Positions 1 through 14,872 of a stretch of 64,000 nt of DNA are shown here, piece by piece. The DNA lies in NCBI RefSeq assembly GCF_036321535.1, contig NC_087436.1:68636001-68700000 (forward strand), in the 5' to 3' direction. The position numbers and the translations under genes were made by a program. Source of the stretch: Camelus dromedarius (taxonomy: Eukaryota). Position 1 is the first letter of the stretch, and each line of letters begins with the position of its first letter. Below the pieces are notes generated by a model that saw only the letters and a program-made list of their open reading frames with translations, made no database searches and was not told the DNA's origin.

Positions 1-2649
1 GTACTTTAGATTATTACTTTTCAATTTTAATTATGATTTTTTTAACTTATGGGCTAATCTGAAGTATACTTTTAAATTTCTAATTGTATGAGGAACTTCA
101 TAATTATCTTTTGTGTTGACTTCTAGCTTAAATGCATTGTGAACAGACATCACAATCTATATAATTGTACTCTTTAATACTAGTAAAGATTTTGGTCAAT
201 TTTACAAATCTTCCACGTATTCTTGAAAAGAATGTGTACTCTACAGTTGTTAGATACAACATTCTTTATATGAGCATTGGATTACACTTAATAATCATGT
301 CAGTGAAATCTAGACCCATTCCGATTTTATTGTTTGCTTCTTCTCTTGATTACTAAAAGCAACATTTAAAAAATGCTCCGCTATGATTCTGTTTGTCTAT
401 TCTCCTTACATGTCAGAACCTGAACAGTGCTGACATGTAAGAATGACAGCTAACACTCAGTGTTCATTATGTACCACACATTTTTTGTGTTTTATTTGTA
501 TTAACTCACTTAATCTTCACAAAAATTCTATAAGCTCAATTATTATTCCCATTTTTGCAGAAAGGAAAACATAAGCACAGAGAAAATAATTAACTTATGA
601 ATAGTGGAGGCAAGATTCAACTCAGCCAGTCTGGCCTTAGCATCCATACCCTTAACCACTATGCTACACTACATGCAGATTAAGAAAGTCAAATCATTCT
701 ACAAGGCTTTTACAGGAAGATAAAAAATCAGTTCCCTACCCCTGATTCCTAAACCCTAAGAACAGCCACCTTCAATTCTCTTAGTTATTTCTTCTAATAT
801 TTACTGTCTTATTTCTCAATAAGATGTCTGTACATTTATTTCTTGACTTTTCGAGAAATAAATTTGTACCTATTAACTTCCTACTAAGAGAGATGGGATG
901 ACTTTTCTGAATATAAATCTGGTCATATCATTTTCCTGCTTTAAAAACTCCAGTGGTTTCCTATTTCCCTTATGATAATCTAGACTCCAGTATTAGTCAC
1001 AAAGCCATTTATAATCCAGTCTCTCCCTGGCTCTCTAGCCTCATCTTTGGTCACTCTACCATCAAACTCCATGTTCCAAGTGTACTAAAGGTTTTCAGTT
1101 CCTCTCCCTCAGCATTTCAAGCCTGAATAACTCCCACTTGTCCACAGGTCTCAAATTATACATTACTTTCACCCATGATGCTTCTCTCAATACCCCTAAC
1201 CTTTCTCAAGACAGTGCTGCATCATCTTTTATGTGCATCCCTAACACTCAACATTCAATCTACTGTAATACTTACCATAGTGTATTTTCACTATTTGTCT
1301 ATTTTTCCTAGGAGATTGTAAATTCCTTAAGGCAGGGGCTGCCTTATTTACTACTATATGCCCTATGACTAACAGGGCCTGGCACAACTGGCACATAACA
1401 GACACACAAAAACTGGCTAAATTAATGAAAGAAATGAACTGGAACACAGGAACAAGAACAACACTTTTATGCTCCACGAATCAGAGGACTTGAATTCTTT
1501 TTACTATATTCACAGTCACAAGAACTACATTAAAAGTATGTTTTTCATCTCAGACTTGTCTTCATGAATTATTTTTAAGATTACTTTGGCAAATAATAAA
1601 TAGCCATGACATAAATATGGCTATAAATGACAAAGAACATCCAGACAAAACAATAAAATTAAGATTATGAACCAAGGTTTTCCAAAGAATCATATAATCT
1701 CAGACAGATTCTCAACAGTTACCTAAATTACCTACCTTTTCAATGTTTGGCCACCAAGGGTAAGGGTACTAAGCACCTACTTTGTGCTAGGCAATGTCAG
1801 GTACTCTGCAACTGACACTTAAATCCTATGAGATGGGATTTAAAGAGCTGAGTGTGTAACTTCAAGCCCAGCACTGTTATATTACAGCTGACTGTATTAA
1901 GTGGACAGGCAACATTTCAGTGAATGTATCTAGTGAAAAAAGAAATTTCCATAGCTATCTACTTTACTTTTAGAGAGCCCTATTTATCAAAGATTCCTCC
2001 TTTTATGAAGGTACAACATCTCCCTGTGGTTTTCACCACTAATCCTAATTTTACCTCCTTGGGGCTATAGGGAACTCGCCTAATCCCTCTTCGATGTGAC
2101 AGCCCTCCAAACATTTGAAGAGGGTATTTAGGTTCCAGAGTCTTCTTTCTCCAGGCTAAACATCTCCAGTTCCGTAAACAATTCCAAACATGACATTATT
2201 TTGAGTCCCCCTGAACACTTTGCTCACTTTCTTCTGGATGTACTTAATTATCTTCATGCATTAATTTAATAAAATCGCTATTTCAAGCCAGGCACTGGCA
2301 CTGTGTGGTGATTATGACAGCAATAACCTCATATGAGGCACTATAAGGATTAAATTAAGTAAGAGAAAATATATAAAATACTTAGCAGGATGCCTGTGAT
2401 ATGTTATTGGGAGAGATAAATCATCCATTATTAGGTACTACATATGGAAGTACCAGAAACTAAGGGAACCTTTGAAAAGGAAGTGATTATCTCTATCAGT
2501 GGAGGTCATAGAAAGCTTCACAAATATGGTTCATCCAAGTTGAAATCTGAAGACTTAATAGGTGCTAAAAAATGAATCAAAGAAGGAAAAGCATTCTATG
2601 CCAGGAAAAAGAAAAGCATGAAAAAGAAAGGCATATACATAGTATATAT

Positions 2650-5600
2650 GTAAGGCTTCCACTTCTGGCCATGGCTAAGTAACAGGGACCAGATTTATCC
2701 TTTTCCTATCTTAAACAATTGAAAACTGGACAATATAAATGAAACAGTCTCAGACACTGAACAACAGGCAACTCACCACAGTAATCTCAAAGAAGAAAAA
2801 CAAATGAGGTGAGCTTTACGATTGCCCTAGCCACTGCCTGGAGCTTCTAGGCTGCAGCGCAGGAAGAGAAACCCAAACAGAGCCTGGTGGTCTCCTGGAA
2901 TTGAAGAGACAGAGCTGTGAATTCAAGGCAGTTAGAATTTCTGAGCAGAGAGATGCACAGAGAGAACCCCATTATTCCGTAAAGGGTTCTCCTTGAGTTT
3001 TCAGCTAAGTAAGATGAGGAAACAACCTTGAGACAGGGAAAGAATCAACTGAAAAGTGGAGGTGAAACAATCACTGTTGTTTAAACTGAGCTAGAAACAG
3101 TTCGTGTTCCTCTCCAGCCAAGTGGAAAACCTTGTAATACAGAGGGCACTAGATAGAATACTTAAAAAAATATTACATCAATACTGGGGAAAAATTAGCC
3201 CCAGAACTGAGTCTTCTCTGGTCTCACCTAACAAAACTTAGAAGTAAGCCTTGAAAAAATAAAATTATTTTCGAGTAACTTAACTGTGTCCCTGAAAAAC
3301 TTTAATATTTCAAGGAATTAAAAATTACCCAGCATTTAAAAAGGTAAAATTCATATGTCTGACACACACTGAAAAATTAGATATGCAAAAGAGCAGGAAA
3401 ATACAACTCATAATGAATATAAAAATAAAAAATGAACATACTCAAAAACGAAAGATGATAGAATGTGTAAAGAAATTAAAATAATTAAAAATACAATTCA
3501 TATGCTCAAGAAGCAGCAAAACTTCTAGAGATAAAAACTATAAAATCTAAGATGAAAAATAACACTGAATGAAATGACCAGATTCAACATTGCAGAAATG
3601 AACCTGAAGACATAACAACAGAAACTTTACAAAATGAAACAGAGAGATGGAAAAAAAATAAAGACTGAGAAAGATAAACAGAACCTTAAGTGAGCTGTGG
3701 GACTTCACTTGGTCTAATACATGTGAAATTGGGGTCCCTGAAAGAGAGTGGAGAAAGGGGGAGAGAAAAATATATTTGAAGAACTAAATAGCTAAAAAAT
3801 TTCCAGGAACACACACTCCAGGAACTCACAAACCACGATGCAAACAAACCAAAGAACAAGACATGTAAAGAAAACTGTACCAAAGCATATCATAATTGTT
3901 TAGTACCAGGGATGAAGAGAAAATATTAAAAGCAATCAGAGAAAATAGATCATGCGATTTACAGAGGAAAGTAAGAATGACAACTGACTTTCTCCCAAGA
4001 GGCAGTACAAATCAGATGACAGTGGCACAACATTGTTAAAGTACTGGGAAAAAAAACTGTCAACCTAAAGTCTATACTCAATTTCAAAAAAGTAAGACTT
4101 CATTAAACACACAAAAGCTGAACAAATTCATTGCTGGCAGAACTTCACTATAAGAACTGTTAAAGTAAATCTTCATACCAGATGGAAATCTTAATTTACA
4201 AAAGGAATAGAGAATATCAGAAATGACAAATACATAGATAAATACAAAAGCTTTTTTTCCTTATTTTTAATATCTGTCTTAATTGACTGTTTAAGCCAAA
4301 ACCAATAATGTATTGTCGGTTTATAACATACGTAGAAGTAAAATGTTAAGACAACAATAACTCAAATTCCAGGATAGAAGAAACAGAAGTATACTGTTAT
4401 AACTTTCTTACAGCATAAAGGAAGTGATACAGTAAAATTTGGACACACAGTGTAATACATTAAAGATGTACACTATAAATCATTAAGTAATCACTAAAAA
4501 ATGCAAAATAAGGAAGTACAGTTGACTCTTGAACACAGGTTTGAACTGTGTATGTCCACTTATATGTGGATTTTTTTCCGATAAATATACAGTCAGTCCT
4601 CCATATCCATATCTGCAGATACGGAGGGCCGACTGTATTCACTGTACTACATCACTTAATATAAGGGACTTGAGTATCTGTGGATTTTGGTATATATGGA
4701 GACTCCAATCCCCCATGGATACTGAAGGATGACTCTATAGTAACATGCCAATAAAGGAGATAAAATATAATTAAAATGCTCTATTATTCAACAAAAAAAA
4801 AAAGAAAAAAAAAGGAAAACCAGTAACAGATTAGGCAGTTAGAAAACAAATAACAAAACAGTATCAATGTTCCATATTAAATGTAAATGGTGTAAACACT
4901 CTTATTAAAAGACAGATTGTCAGACTGAGTAAAAAGAAAAACCCAACTATATTCTATCCACAAGGAACCCAATTTAAATATACAAATCAAAGTAAAAGGG
5001 TGGAAAAAGACACCATGCTACCAAATAATCAAGAAAAAACTGGACTATTTTAATATCAGGCAAACAGATTTCTGAGCAAAGAAAATTACTAGGATAGAGG
5101 GCCATTTCACAATGATTAAAGCGTCAGTACATCAGGAGGACATAACAATTCTAAATGTTTATGCACTAATACGGAACATCAAACTACATGAAGCAAAAAC
5201 TGGTAGAACTGAAATAAGAAATGTACAAACATGAAATTATGGATAACAACCCTCTCTCAATAATTGGCATAAAGAATAGACAAAAAAATCAGCAATGATA
5301 CAGAATACCTGAACAACACTATTGATTGATTCAACCTAATTGATATTGATAGGACAATCCAATACATAACAGAATACACATTCTTTTCAAATGCACACAG
5401 ATCAATGACCAAGATAGATCATATTCTGCACCCCAAAACTAAGAACAAATTTAAGTCACACCAAGTATGTCCACTAATAGCAGTGGAATTAAATCAGAGA
5501 TTAACAATAGAAAGATCTCTGAAAAAAAATCCCTCAACATTGGGAAACCAAATAAGATGCTTCTAAATAATGCATGGGTCAAAGAAATCAAAAGAAAATT

Positions 5601-6196
5601 AAGTTTTCTGAACTGAATAAAAATGAAGACATATCTGTCGGACACATATTAAAGCAGTGTTTAAAGGAAAATTTTTAACATGAAATGGATACATTAATAA
5701 AGAAGAAAGGTTTCAAAAATCAATGATTTGAACTTCTACCTCAGGAATTTAGGAAAAAAGAGCAAAGTAAACTCAAAATAAGTAGAAGGAAAAACCCTCA
5801 AAAGAGAAGAATAGAAGTCACTGAAATACAAAAAAATTTTTTAATCAAACTAAAAGCTGGACATCATATATGAATCTCAAAATCATTATGCTAAGTGAAA
5901 GAAGCGAGACTCACCAAAGGTGTACATACTGTATGATTCCGTTTATAAGAATTCTAGAAAATAAAAACTATTCTACAGTACAAAAAGCAGATCAGCGGTA
6001 GCCTGGGGAAATCATAGATGGAGAGAAAAGAGAGGAAGGGATTACAAAGCGGCACAAAAAAAATGTTTAGTTGTGATGGATATGTTATCTAAATTGTGGT
6101 GATGATTTCATGAGTCTACACATGTTAAAACACATCAAATTTTACACTTTAAATACTTCAGTAGTTTACTTTATATTAACTTATATTTTAATAAAC
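2650..6196 (+). mobile_element. Old L1M-type LINE-1 remnant (5' region/ORF1, endonuclease region, 3' end)
   Basis: A-rich, with L1-like segments such as 'aatgtaaatggtgtaaacact', 'ttcttttcaaatgcacac' and 3' end 'cattatgctaagtgaaagaagc...ttttaataaa'; decayed. Confidence 0.7.
4517..4740. mobile_element. TcMar-Tigger family DNA transposon fragment nested in L1
   Basis: Starts TA-CAGTTGACTCTTGAAC...gtccacttata..ggattttttt and ends ...ggatactgaaggatgactc-TA. Confidence 0.65.
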
Positions 6197-6655
6197 TGTG
6201 GGAAAATATGTATTTATGTTGAGAGATACTACTTCATGGGCTTTTCAACTCCTAGATGTCTCTCTAGATATACCTAGTAGGCGATGTCCTGAATGCTTTT
6301 TATCTGGGCCCTTTCTCAAGAGTATATTTGCAACATGTAACTTTGAGGTATGGGGTGAGTTTCTCTCCAAGACAAAGAGTATGCTTGCTTACTATTTTGG
6401 GTGGATCCCCCAAATTCAGTGTTCCTCAGCTGTATGTATAAAGCATCCATCTGGGCCCATGGCATCACCCTAATGGGACTTGGGAACAAGGGGAACCAAC
6501 ACCATGCTGATGCCCATCTTATTTGCTGAATCACAAGTAATGGAATCCTTTGCCTCTGACCAAGATGTTTCACATCTTCTGTTAGAATCCATTAAACAGT
6601 AATAGGCTAGTTTTTAAGCTTGTAATTAGGTAAAATCAAATCCTAGACCCTGACA
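6197..6655. mobile_element. Probable solo LTR
   Basis: TG...CA-bounded segment of about 460 bp with an LTR-like 3' end (aaatcctagaccctgaca); family not determined. Confidence 0.45.
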
Positions 6656-9348
6656 ATATTTACATAAAATTCGACAAGGGTAAAGGGTAGGATGTTGGAA
6701 GGCAAAGTGGTGAGAAGTTGACATGGAGGCTAAAAAGAAAGATAAGGCCCTAACTCATCATAAATAATTAGGAATGACTGTCTCATAGGTACTATTCTTC
6801 ATGATTAATTTGCAATTTGTATATATTTTCTCATTAAATATTTGTTGAATAAATGAATGTATAAAAAAGTATGAATGAAAGAAATTACTAGACTTAAAAG
6901 GTTAAGTAACTTAAGATCATACACTCATAAATGGTGAAGAATGATTCAAATTCAGATCTAATACCAAAGTTCATACTCTCAGGCACTGTTATGCTGTATC
7001 CAAAAAAGGACTAAAATGTGTATTATACAGTTTGGCCTCACCAATGCAGATGATGGGGAAACAATTCAGGATTTTAAACTGAAAAGCCATAGACTCTGAG
7101 ATAAATGTCAAAAATACCACTTTAAATAACTTATGAAAGATGAATTAGAGACAAAAATAGTTCTAAAGAGATCATATAAGAGAGTATCATAATAGTTCAA
7201 CTGTGAGATGCCAAATGCAGGGAGAGAAAATGGAAGAACTGGAATTAAGAGTTATCTAAAAAGAACTGAAAGGATTTAAAAAAATTAACTGAATTTGGAG
7301 GATGACAAATAGGGAAAAATCTAAGATGACACTAAGGTTTCTAGTTTGGTTACTGAGTCGGTGTGGCATCAATTAAACTTGGGAATGGGAAGAGGAAACG
7401 AAAAGGGATCCAATGGTGTTAAGTACTACTTAATGCTGAGAACTATTTTATATTAACAGTTTTTTCATAAAACCTTTAAGACTAAGATACTATTCTTAAG
7501 ATATAAGATATTATTCTCATTTACACAAGAGAAATACAAGCAGCAGAAAGATTAAGTAACCAGTTTCAGTTCATATAAATGTCAGAATTGAATGTGAACA
7601 TTCTCCTCTATCTCCAGAGACCATGTTCATTCTACTGTACCAAACTGTTTCTATAAAACATAGACATCTGCTGAACACCTGCCTGGTTTATATTTAAAGC
7701 ACCTTGCATGCATTTAAAAACAAAGGTCTTGAGCTTGGAAGGAGAAAGCTGAAGAAAGAGACTCAAGTATCATTAGCACGCAGAGATAGTTAAAATCATG
7801 GAAATGGATGATCTGAACTGAAAGAAAAATCCTGAAGTTAGAACCTGGCATTTATTGTGCAGGCAAAGCAAGACCTAAGAAAAGCCTGAGAAGGAAGAGT
7901 CAGAGGAGCAGAAGCAAATCCCAAAAGACTGTTATCTCAAAAGCTAGTGGAAAGGGTTTCTTCTACTATTCCATTAAAATAAACACAGTTTCGATACTAC
8001 TTTGGTTGTATTAACCCAGAAACTTAAGAATGTCCTGATTCTGCTTTGATATTCACCCCTTCTTCATACAGTGATCTCTTCACAGGAATCTGTATATGTA
8101 AGGAACATTAATTAAAAGGAGATAGCAAAATATCATTTTATTATTATTTGAATTAGTCTTAATTACTTCCAGTGGAAAGTTCTTTGGTAAAAGTGGAGCT
8201 AGAAAACCAAGGTTGGAGTCCTATATTGGGACTCCATTTCTTCAGATAAATCTTGTGATAAGCAGGCTTGGGAATATCTTCAGAAGGAAAGAAATGGGCA
8301 GATCTACAGAACTGGCTCAAGTCTAACTCACTCAACAATTTGCCAGCAATAAAAATAAATAGATAGGTGCTTAGAATGCTGTTCAGAGTGGTCCCCCCGG
8401 CGAAAAAAAAAAAACAAAACCAAAAACCTTTAGATTCTGAAAGTAATTTCAGATTTAGTTGATTAGTAACTACGAGGTGATTTAAGATTGAGTAATAAGA
8501 AAAAAGTGAGATAGATTTAGAAAGAAACTGTTAAGGTAGGCATTAAAACTGCTCTAAAAATATTTCCTACCTAAATATATATACAAATATCAGAAACTTA
8601 GTAAAAATTCAAGATTTCTAGATTTAGAGAGTTTTAGTTTTACAGGAAGGCCTAACTGTCTACAAATAATTATAGGCTGAGACTCAGTTATTAGTATCTG
8701 GGGAAAACCTGTATACCTAGTAAACATTAACCAAATTTTAATTTTAGTTATCTAGGAAGAAATAAACAATATTTAAAGTATTGACCTTACAAATATCAAC
8801 ATATAAGATGCCAAAAAGTTACATATTTTCTTTAACTTTTAGGTAAAAATGAATTTATGTGTATCTGGTCTGTTAAAAGATGTTCATTTGCTCAAAATGC
8901 CCCAATTCCAGAGAAAAAATAAATTTTCTGTTTGTCTATCCTTCCATCTGACAAAATTTTCCAGATGTAAGACTGTTACACTGTAGCAGCCTCATTTCAG
9001 ACTCCAGCAGATGCTGCACCTTGTCCTCATACTGGTTTTGTTTTAGGATGAAATGTGTAAGTACTCTCTCAATATCAGTATCTCCTAACGTTAGTACCAT
9101 ATGCACCTTTTCCAGACTTCTCTGTCATATCTCTTGATTCTTTCAGTTTTGGATCCCGCCCACCCACTGAACTGTCAACAATCTTAGGTTCCAGACCACA
9201 AGTCCAGCTGAACCCTCTGTCTTATTCTAGTCATTTAATAATCATTTAATGAGACTCTTAAGAATTAGACACTTTGCCACGTTCCTTGGCTTGGAGAAAC
9301 TTACAGTCCAACAGAGGTGACATACATGTTAAAAAAAAATACTATGAG

Positions 9349-11424
9349 TATATTTCCCTGTGCTATACAGTGTAGTCTATTCTACAATTTTGAAATCCCA
9401 GTCTATCCCTTCCCACCCTCCACCCCCCTGGTAACCACAAGTCTGTATTCTCTGTCTGTGAGTCTATTTCTGTCCTTTATTTATGCTTTGTTTTTGTTTG
9501 TTTGTTTTTGTTTTTGTTTTTTAGATTCCACATATGAGTGATCTCATATGGTATTTTTCTTTTTCTTTCTGGCTTACTTAGAATGGCATTCTCCAGGAGC
9601 ATCCATGTTGCTGCAAATGGCATTATGTTGTCGGTTTTTATGGCTGAGTAGTATTCCACTGTATAAATATGCCACTTCTTCTTTATCCAGTCACCTGTTG
9701 ATGGACATTTAGGCTGTTTCCATGTTTTGGCTATTGTAAATAGTGCTGCTATGAACATTGGGGTGCAGGTGTCATCCTGAAGTAGATTTCCTTCTGGATA
9801 CAAGCCCAGGAGTGGGATTCCTGGGTCATATGGTAAGTCTATTCCTAGTCTTTTGAGGAATCTCCACACTGTTTTCCATAGTGGCTGCACCAAACTGCAT
9901 TCCCACCAGCAGTGTAGGAGGGTTCCCCTTTCTCCACAGCCTCTCCAGCATTTGTCATTTGTGGGTTTTTGAATGACGGCCATTCTGACTGGTGTGAGGT
10001 GATACCTCATTGTAGTTTTGATTTGCATTTCTCTGATAATTAGTGATATGGAGCATTTTTTCATGTGCTTTTTGATCATTTGTATGTCTTCCTTGGAGAA
10101 TTGCTTGTTTAGGTCTTCTGCCCATTTTTGGATTGGGTTGTTTATTTTTTTCTTATTGAGTCGTATGAGCTGCTTATATATTCTGGAGATCAAGCCTTTG
10201 TCGGTTTCACTTGCAAAAATTTTCTCCCATTCCGTAGGTTTTCTTCTTGTTTTACTTCTGGTTTCCTTTGCTGTGCAGAAGCTTGTAAGTTTCATTAGGT
10301 CCCATTTGTTTATTCTTGCTTTTATTTCTTCTAGGAGAAAATTTTTTAAATGTTTGTCAGATAATGTTTTGCCTATGTTTTCCTCTAGGAGGTTATTGTA
10401 TCTTGTCTTATGTTTAAGTCTTTAATCCATTTTGAGTTGATTTTTGTATATGGTGTAAGGGAGTGTTCTAGCTTCATTGTTTTACATGCTGCTGTCCAGT
10501 TTTCCCAACACCATTTGCTGAAGAGACTGTCTTTATTCCAATGTATATTCTTGCCTCCTTTGTCGAAGATGAGTTGACCAAAAGTTTGTGGGTTTATTTC
10601 TGGGCTCTCTATTCTGTTCCATTGGTCTATATGTCTGTTTTGGTACCAATACCATGCTGTCTTGATGACTGTAGCTCTATAGTATTGTCTGAAGTCTGGG
10701 AGAGTTATTCCTCCAGCCTCTTTCTTTCTCTTCAGTAATGCTTTGGCAATTCTAGGTCTTTGATGGTTCCATATGAATTTTATTATGATTTGTTCTAGTT
10801 CTGTGAAATATGTCCTGGGTAATTGGATAGGGATTGCATTAAATCTGTAGATTGCCTTGGGCAGTGTGACCATTTTAACAATATTGATTCTTCCAATCCA
10901 AGAGCATGGAATATCTTTCCATTTTTTAAAGTCTTCTTTAATTTCCTTCATCAATGGTTTATAGTTTTCTGTGTATAATTCTTTCACCTCCTTGGTTAGA
11001 TTTATTCCCAGATATTTTATTACTTTGGGTGCTATTTTAAAGGGGATTGTTTCTTTACTTTCTTCTTCTGTTGATTTATCGTTAGTGTAAAGAAATGCAA
11101 CTGATTTTTGAACGTTAATTTTGTAACGTGCTACCTTGCTGAATTCTTCAATCAGCTCTAGTAGCTTTTGTGTGGACCTTTTAGGGTTTTCTATATATAG
11201 TAACATGTCATCAGCATATAATGACACTTTTACCTCTTCTTTTCCAATTTGGATCCCTTTTATTTCTTTCTCTTATACACAATATACACAAAATGTTATG
11301 ATAACTCACAGAGAAAAAAATGTGACAATGAGTGTGTATATGTCCATGAATAACTGAAAAATTGTGCTGAACACTGGAATTTGACACAACATTGTAAAAT
11401 GATTATAAATCAATAAAAAATGTT
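9349..11424. mobile_element. Young 5'-truncated LINE-1 with 5' inversion and TSD
   Basis: 9349 to about 11274 is antisense ORF2 (YADD motif; C-terminal [18 protein letters not shown]) plus part of the 3' UTR. About 11275-11424 is the sense 3' end with AATAAA. TSD aaaaaaaatactatgag at 9332-9348 and 11425-11441. Confidence 0.92.
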
Positions 11425-11699
11425 AAAAAAAATACTATGAGACAATATGATGAGTACTTTATTAGCAACAGGAATAATTTGCTTTAGGACTGAACAGGAA
11501 AGATTAGAAGTAACTCAGGTAAGATATCAGAATAGACATCTGAGTGATTCTTAAAAGGTCAGTAGAAGGTGCTTTTGAAACACAAGAGGGCACTCTAAGA
11601 AAAAGACAATTGAGGTGTAAAAGTAAAAACTACATTTGGTAAGGAAGTAGTCTATTACGGTCAGTGCATTCAGAGGAAAAAGTAGGTTTAGACTAACAA

Positions 11700-12440
11700 A
11701 TAGTGTTGGGAAAATTGGATTTCTAAAAGCAAAAGATGAAAAGATGAAATCAGACCTTTATCTTACATTATACACAAAATCAACTCAAAATGCATTAAGG
11801 ACTTAGATGTAAGACCTGAAACCATAAAACTCCTAGAAGAAAACATAGGGGAAAAGCTTTTTAACATTGGGCGTGGCAAAGATTTCCTGGATATGACACC
11901 AAAAGCACAACAATATAAGCAAAAATAGACAAGTGAGACTACTTCAAACTAAAGTTTCTGCACAGCAAAGAAACAATCAACAAAATGAAAAGGCAAACTA
12001 CAAAGTGGGAGAAAATATTTTCAAACCATGTATCTGAAAAGGGTGTTAATCTCCAAATTACGTAAGAAACTACAATTCGAGAGCAATCTCTCTCCTTCCC
12101 CCATCCCAATAACCTGATTAAAAAATGGGCAAGGACTAGAAGAGATATTTCTCCAAAGACAACACACGAATGGCCAGGAGGAATATGAAAAGGTGCTCAA
12201 CACCACTAATTGTCAGGGAAATGCAAGACCATGATGTATCGCTTCACACCTGAAAGGATGGCCATTATAAAACAAAACCCCAGACAATAACAAGTGTTGG
12301 TAAGGATGGATAAATTGGAATCCTTGTGCACTGTTGGTGGGAATATAAAATGGTCCGGCTGCAATGGAAAACAGTATGGAGGTTCCTTAAAAAATAAAAA
12401 ATAGAACTACCTTATGATCAAGCAATACATGATCATATAT
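11700..12440 (+). mobile_element. LINE-1 ORF2 3' fragment (L1M-type)
   Basis: 'aaaatcaactcaaaatg...aaactcctagaagaaaacatagggg...aaaggtgctcaa...aatagaactacc' is typical L1 ORF2 C-terminal sequence. Confidence 0.8.
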
Positions 12441-13618
12441 GAACTGCTATATATGATGCCTAAATTGCTATATTCTATAACTTTCAGTTAAGCAAACTGA
12501 CTGTAAGCGAACTATAAGCCAACTTATGTAGCACTGCCAATGGAAAGTTTAATCTCTGATTTACTGAAAATTATGTTCATTAATCAGCCATTATAGGTTT
12601 CTCGAGGACTGTAACAAATAATGAAAAAAAATTATCCAAAGCTATCTCAATGAGCTGTCATTTACTATCCCAAGAATCAGATCAGAAGGACATTAAGAAC
12701 ATCATAATTATAGATTAAGGTGACTTTTGAAGTATAATTATAGTCAGAAGACCATATGGTAAAATAATTTTCACATAAGCAAAATCAAGTTAGTCTTTAT
12801 CTCTTTTTCCAAGGATACAGCACAAAACAGGACTTGAAATCAACATACCAGGTAATATATATTAGCTCCTTCTAAAGTGCTCAAAATTGACTCTACATCC
12901 CACATAAAAAAATATAAAAAGAAATTCAAGTACATAATAAATCTATTGTTCCAAATTCTACCTACATAAAATCTATTTTTTCATGATTATATACAGAGGA
13001 AATCTAAAAAGTTTTAAATTGAGATTATACTGTCTTCCATGCAAACATCTCACAGTATTTTAAAAATTTACTAGGAATGATAGCAATGTATGTGTTTTTA
13101 ACTTCTCTTTAATTTTGGAAAAAGTATTTTCATTTCATGAAAAACATGTTAAAAAAGTCCCACTAAATTCAAATCACAGCTCTTCAATCACAAAATACTT
13201 CTCTACTGTCTATATAGTGCAAACATGCAATGTTGTTAGAGATTACACTAAAGTAAACATATTCTCTAGATGTTACTGTATAACTAAAGTGAAATGAATT
13301 GTTGTTCATGAGACTCCTGCACTATGAAGAACATAAATATATACTCCTGTCCAGAAACAAGAGGTATATTTTATAGTGGATAGCAAAATCATTCTTAGCC
13401 ATATCATCTCAATCCAAAGCAATCAAAATTTAAATATTATTCAAGCTTCCACCCTACAGTTTAAAAAAAAATTGCAGAAACCCTAATTTTTAACTTAAGA
13501 GGAAATCAGGATATGTTTTTAAAATTCTGATAGGCCTAATGGTGTCTTTAAATAAACTACTCCTTTACTTGAAAACAATGAATGAGGAAAGTAAGTTCAG
13601 TTTCCCTATGGTTCTTAC

Positions 13619-13681
13619 CTGTATAATGCATCATCAATCTCCACAGATTCTGTTGGCATGATGGGCAAATTTGTATTCCCA
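13619..13681 (-). CDS. UBA6: UBA6 coding exon 2
   Basis: Acceptor ttttttcag|, 63 nt encoding (S)GNTNLPIMPTESVEIDDALY(S), donor AG|gtaaga. Phase is compatible with exon 1. I could not find exon 3 (SRQRYVLG...) in 1-13618, so it is probably left of the window. Confidence 0.95.
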
Positions 13682-14872
13682 CTGAAAAAAGAAAACACAG
13701 CTTATAAGTGCAAGTATGGTTATTCAATATTCACATTCTCCAATGTAAAATTCAATTATACATAGGATCAGATTCATCAGGTACTAAAAGAGGTTTTATA
13801 AACCATATATATATTTTAGTATCTACCACTTTAGATTTTTTTTAAAAAGTAGGTTGAAATTAAATTCACTAACTGCCCACACTGTGTGTATTATAAAATT
13901 AGAACCCATGGTTGTTTCATTCTCAGGTTTTATCACTGCTACAAATATTCTGACGGAGATTTATTTTAATAATTTTGTTTGTGTTCCATAAACCTTCCTT
14001 AATATACATACTCTCCCTAGGTAATTTCATTCAGTCCATGGAATTTACCATACACTGATGATATCTAAGCTTATTTCTACATGTTTGATCTCTCCTCTGA
14101 CCTCAGATTTTGCACATCTGCCAGAGCAATATCTCTATTCTGATGTCTAACTGGTATCACAAACATAACATGCCTCAAACAGAATTTAATTCCCCTTATT
14201 TAGTCTCTTCTTCCTCAGTCTTTCCCAACTCACTTGCGACCACCAAGTAAATGGTACCACCATTTATTCACTTGCTCAGGCCAGTAATACAGGGATCTTC
14301 TTAACCTGTTCCCTTATTTCCTCCATCTGTGAGTCTGGTTAGTTCTACCTTCAAAAGGGATCTCAAATCTGATTACTTGTCACTATTTCAATCAGTACAG
14401 TCTCAGACCAAACCATCATATCTCATCTGAACTACTTCAAGGGCTTAACTCTTCTATTTCTATTGCCCTTCCCCTTCAGTTGACTTTCCATCTAACAACC
14501 TAAATCTTTTAGAAACTAGTGAGACATTACTCCCTGACTTAGAACTATCCTTCAGCAAGTTTCCTTTACACTTAGAACAAAATTAAAACACCTTCTATAT
14601 TTAAAAGGGTCTTTATGTCTGTCTCCCAATTACTTCTCCAACCTCAACTCCCACAACCCTTCCTCTTGCTCATTATCTTCAGTCACACTGGCCTACTACT
14701 GTTCCTTAAAAAGTCAAGCTTGTTATCACTTTACAGTTTTTATACTTACTATTCCCTTTGCTTGGAATGTTCTTCCCTCAGATCTCTGAATAGCTGGCTC
14801 TTATCATTTAAATATTAAAATATTAAAATGTTGTTTCACAAATATTACACAGACCATTTCTGATCACCCTAC

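Noticed and set aside
10018..10738. Hydrophobic plus-strand ORFs (135 and 65 aa)
   Set aside because: Antisense shadows of L1 ORF2.
1..13618. UBA6 exon 3
   Set aside because: No SRQRYVLGDTAM-like coding sequence was found by eye; it is probably outside the window.
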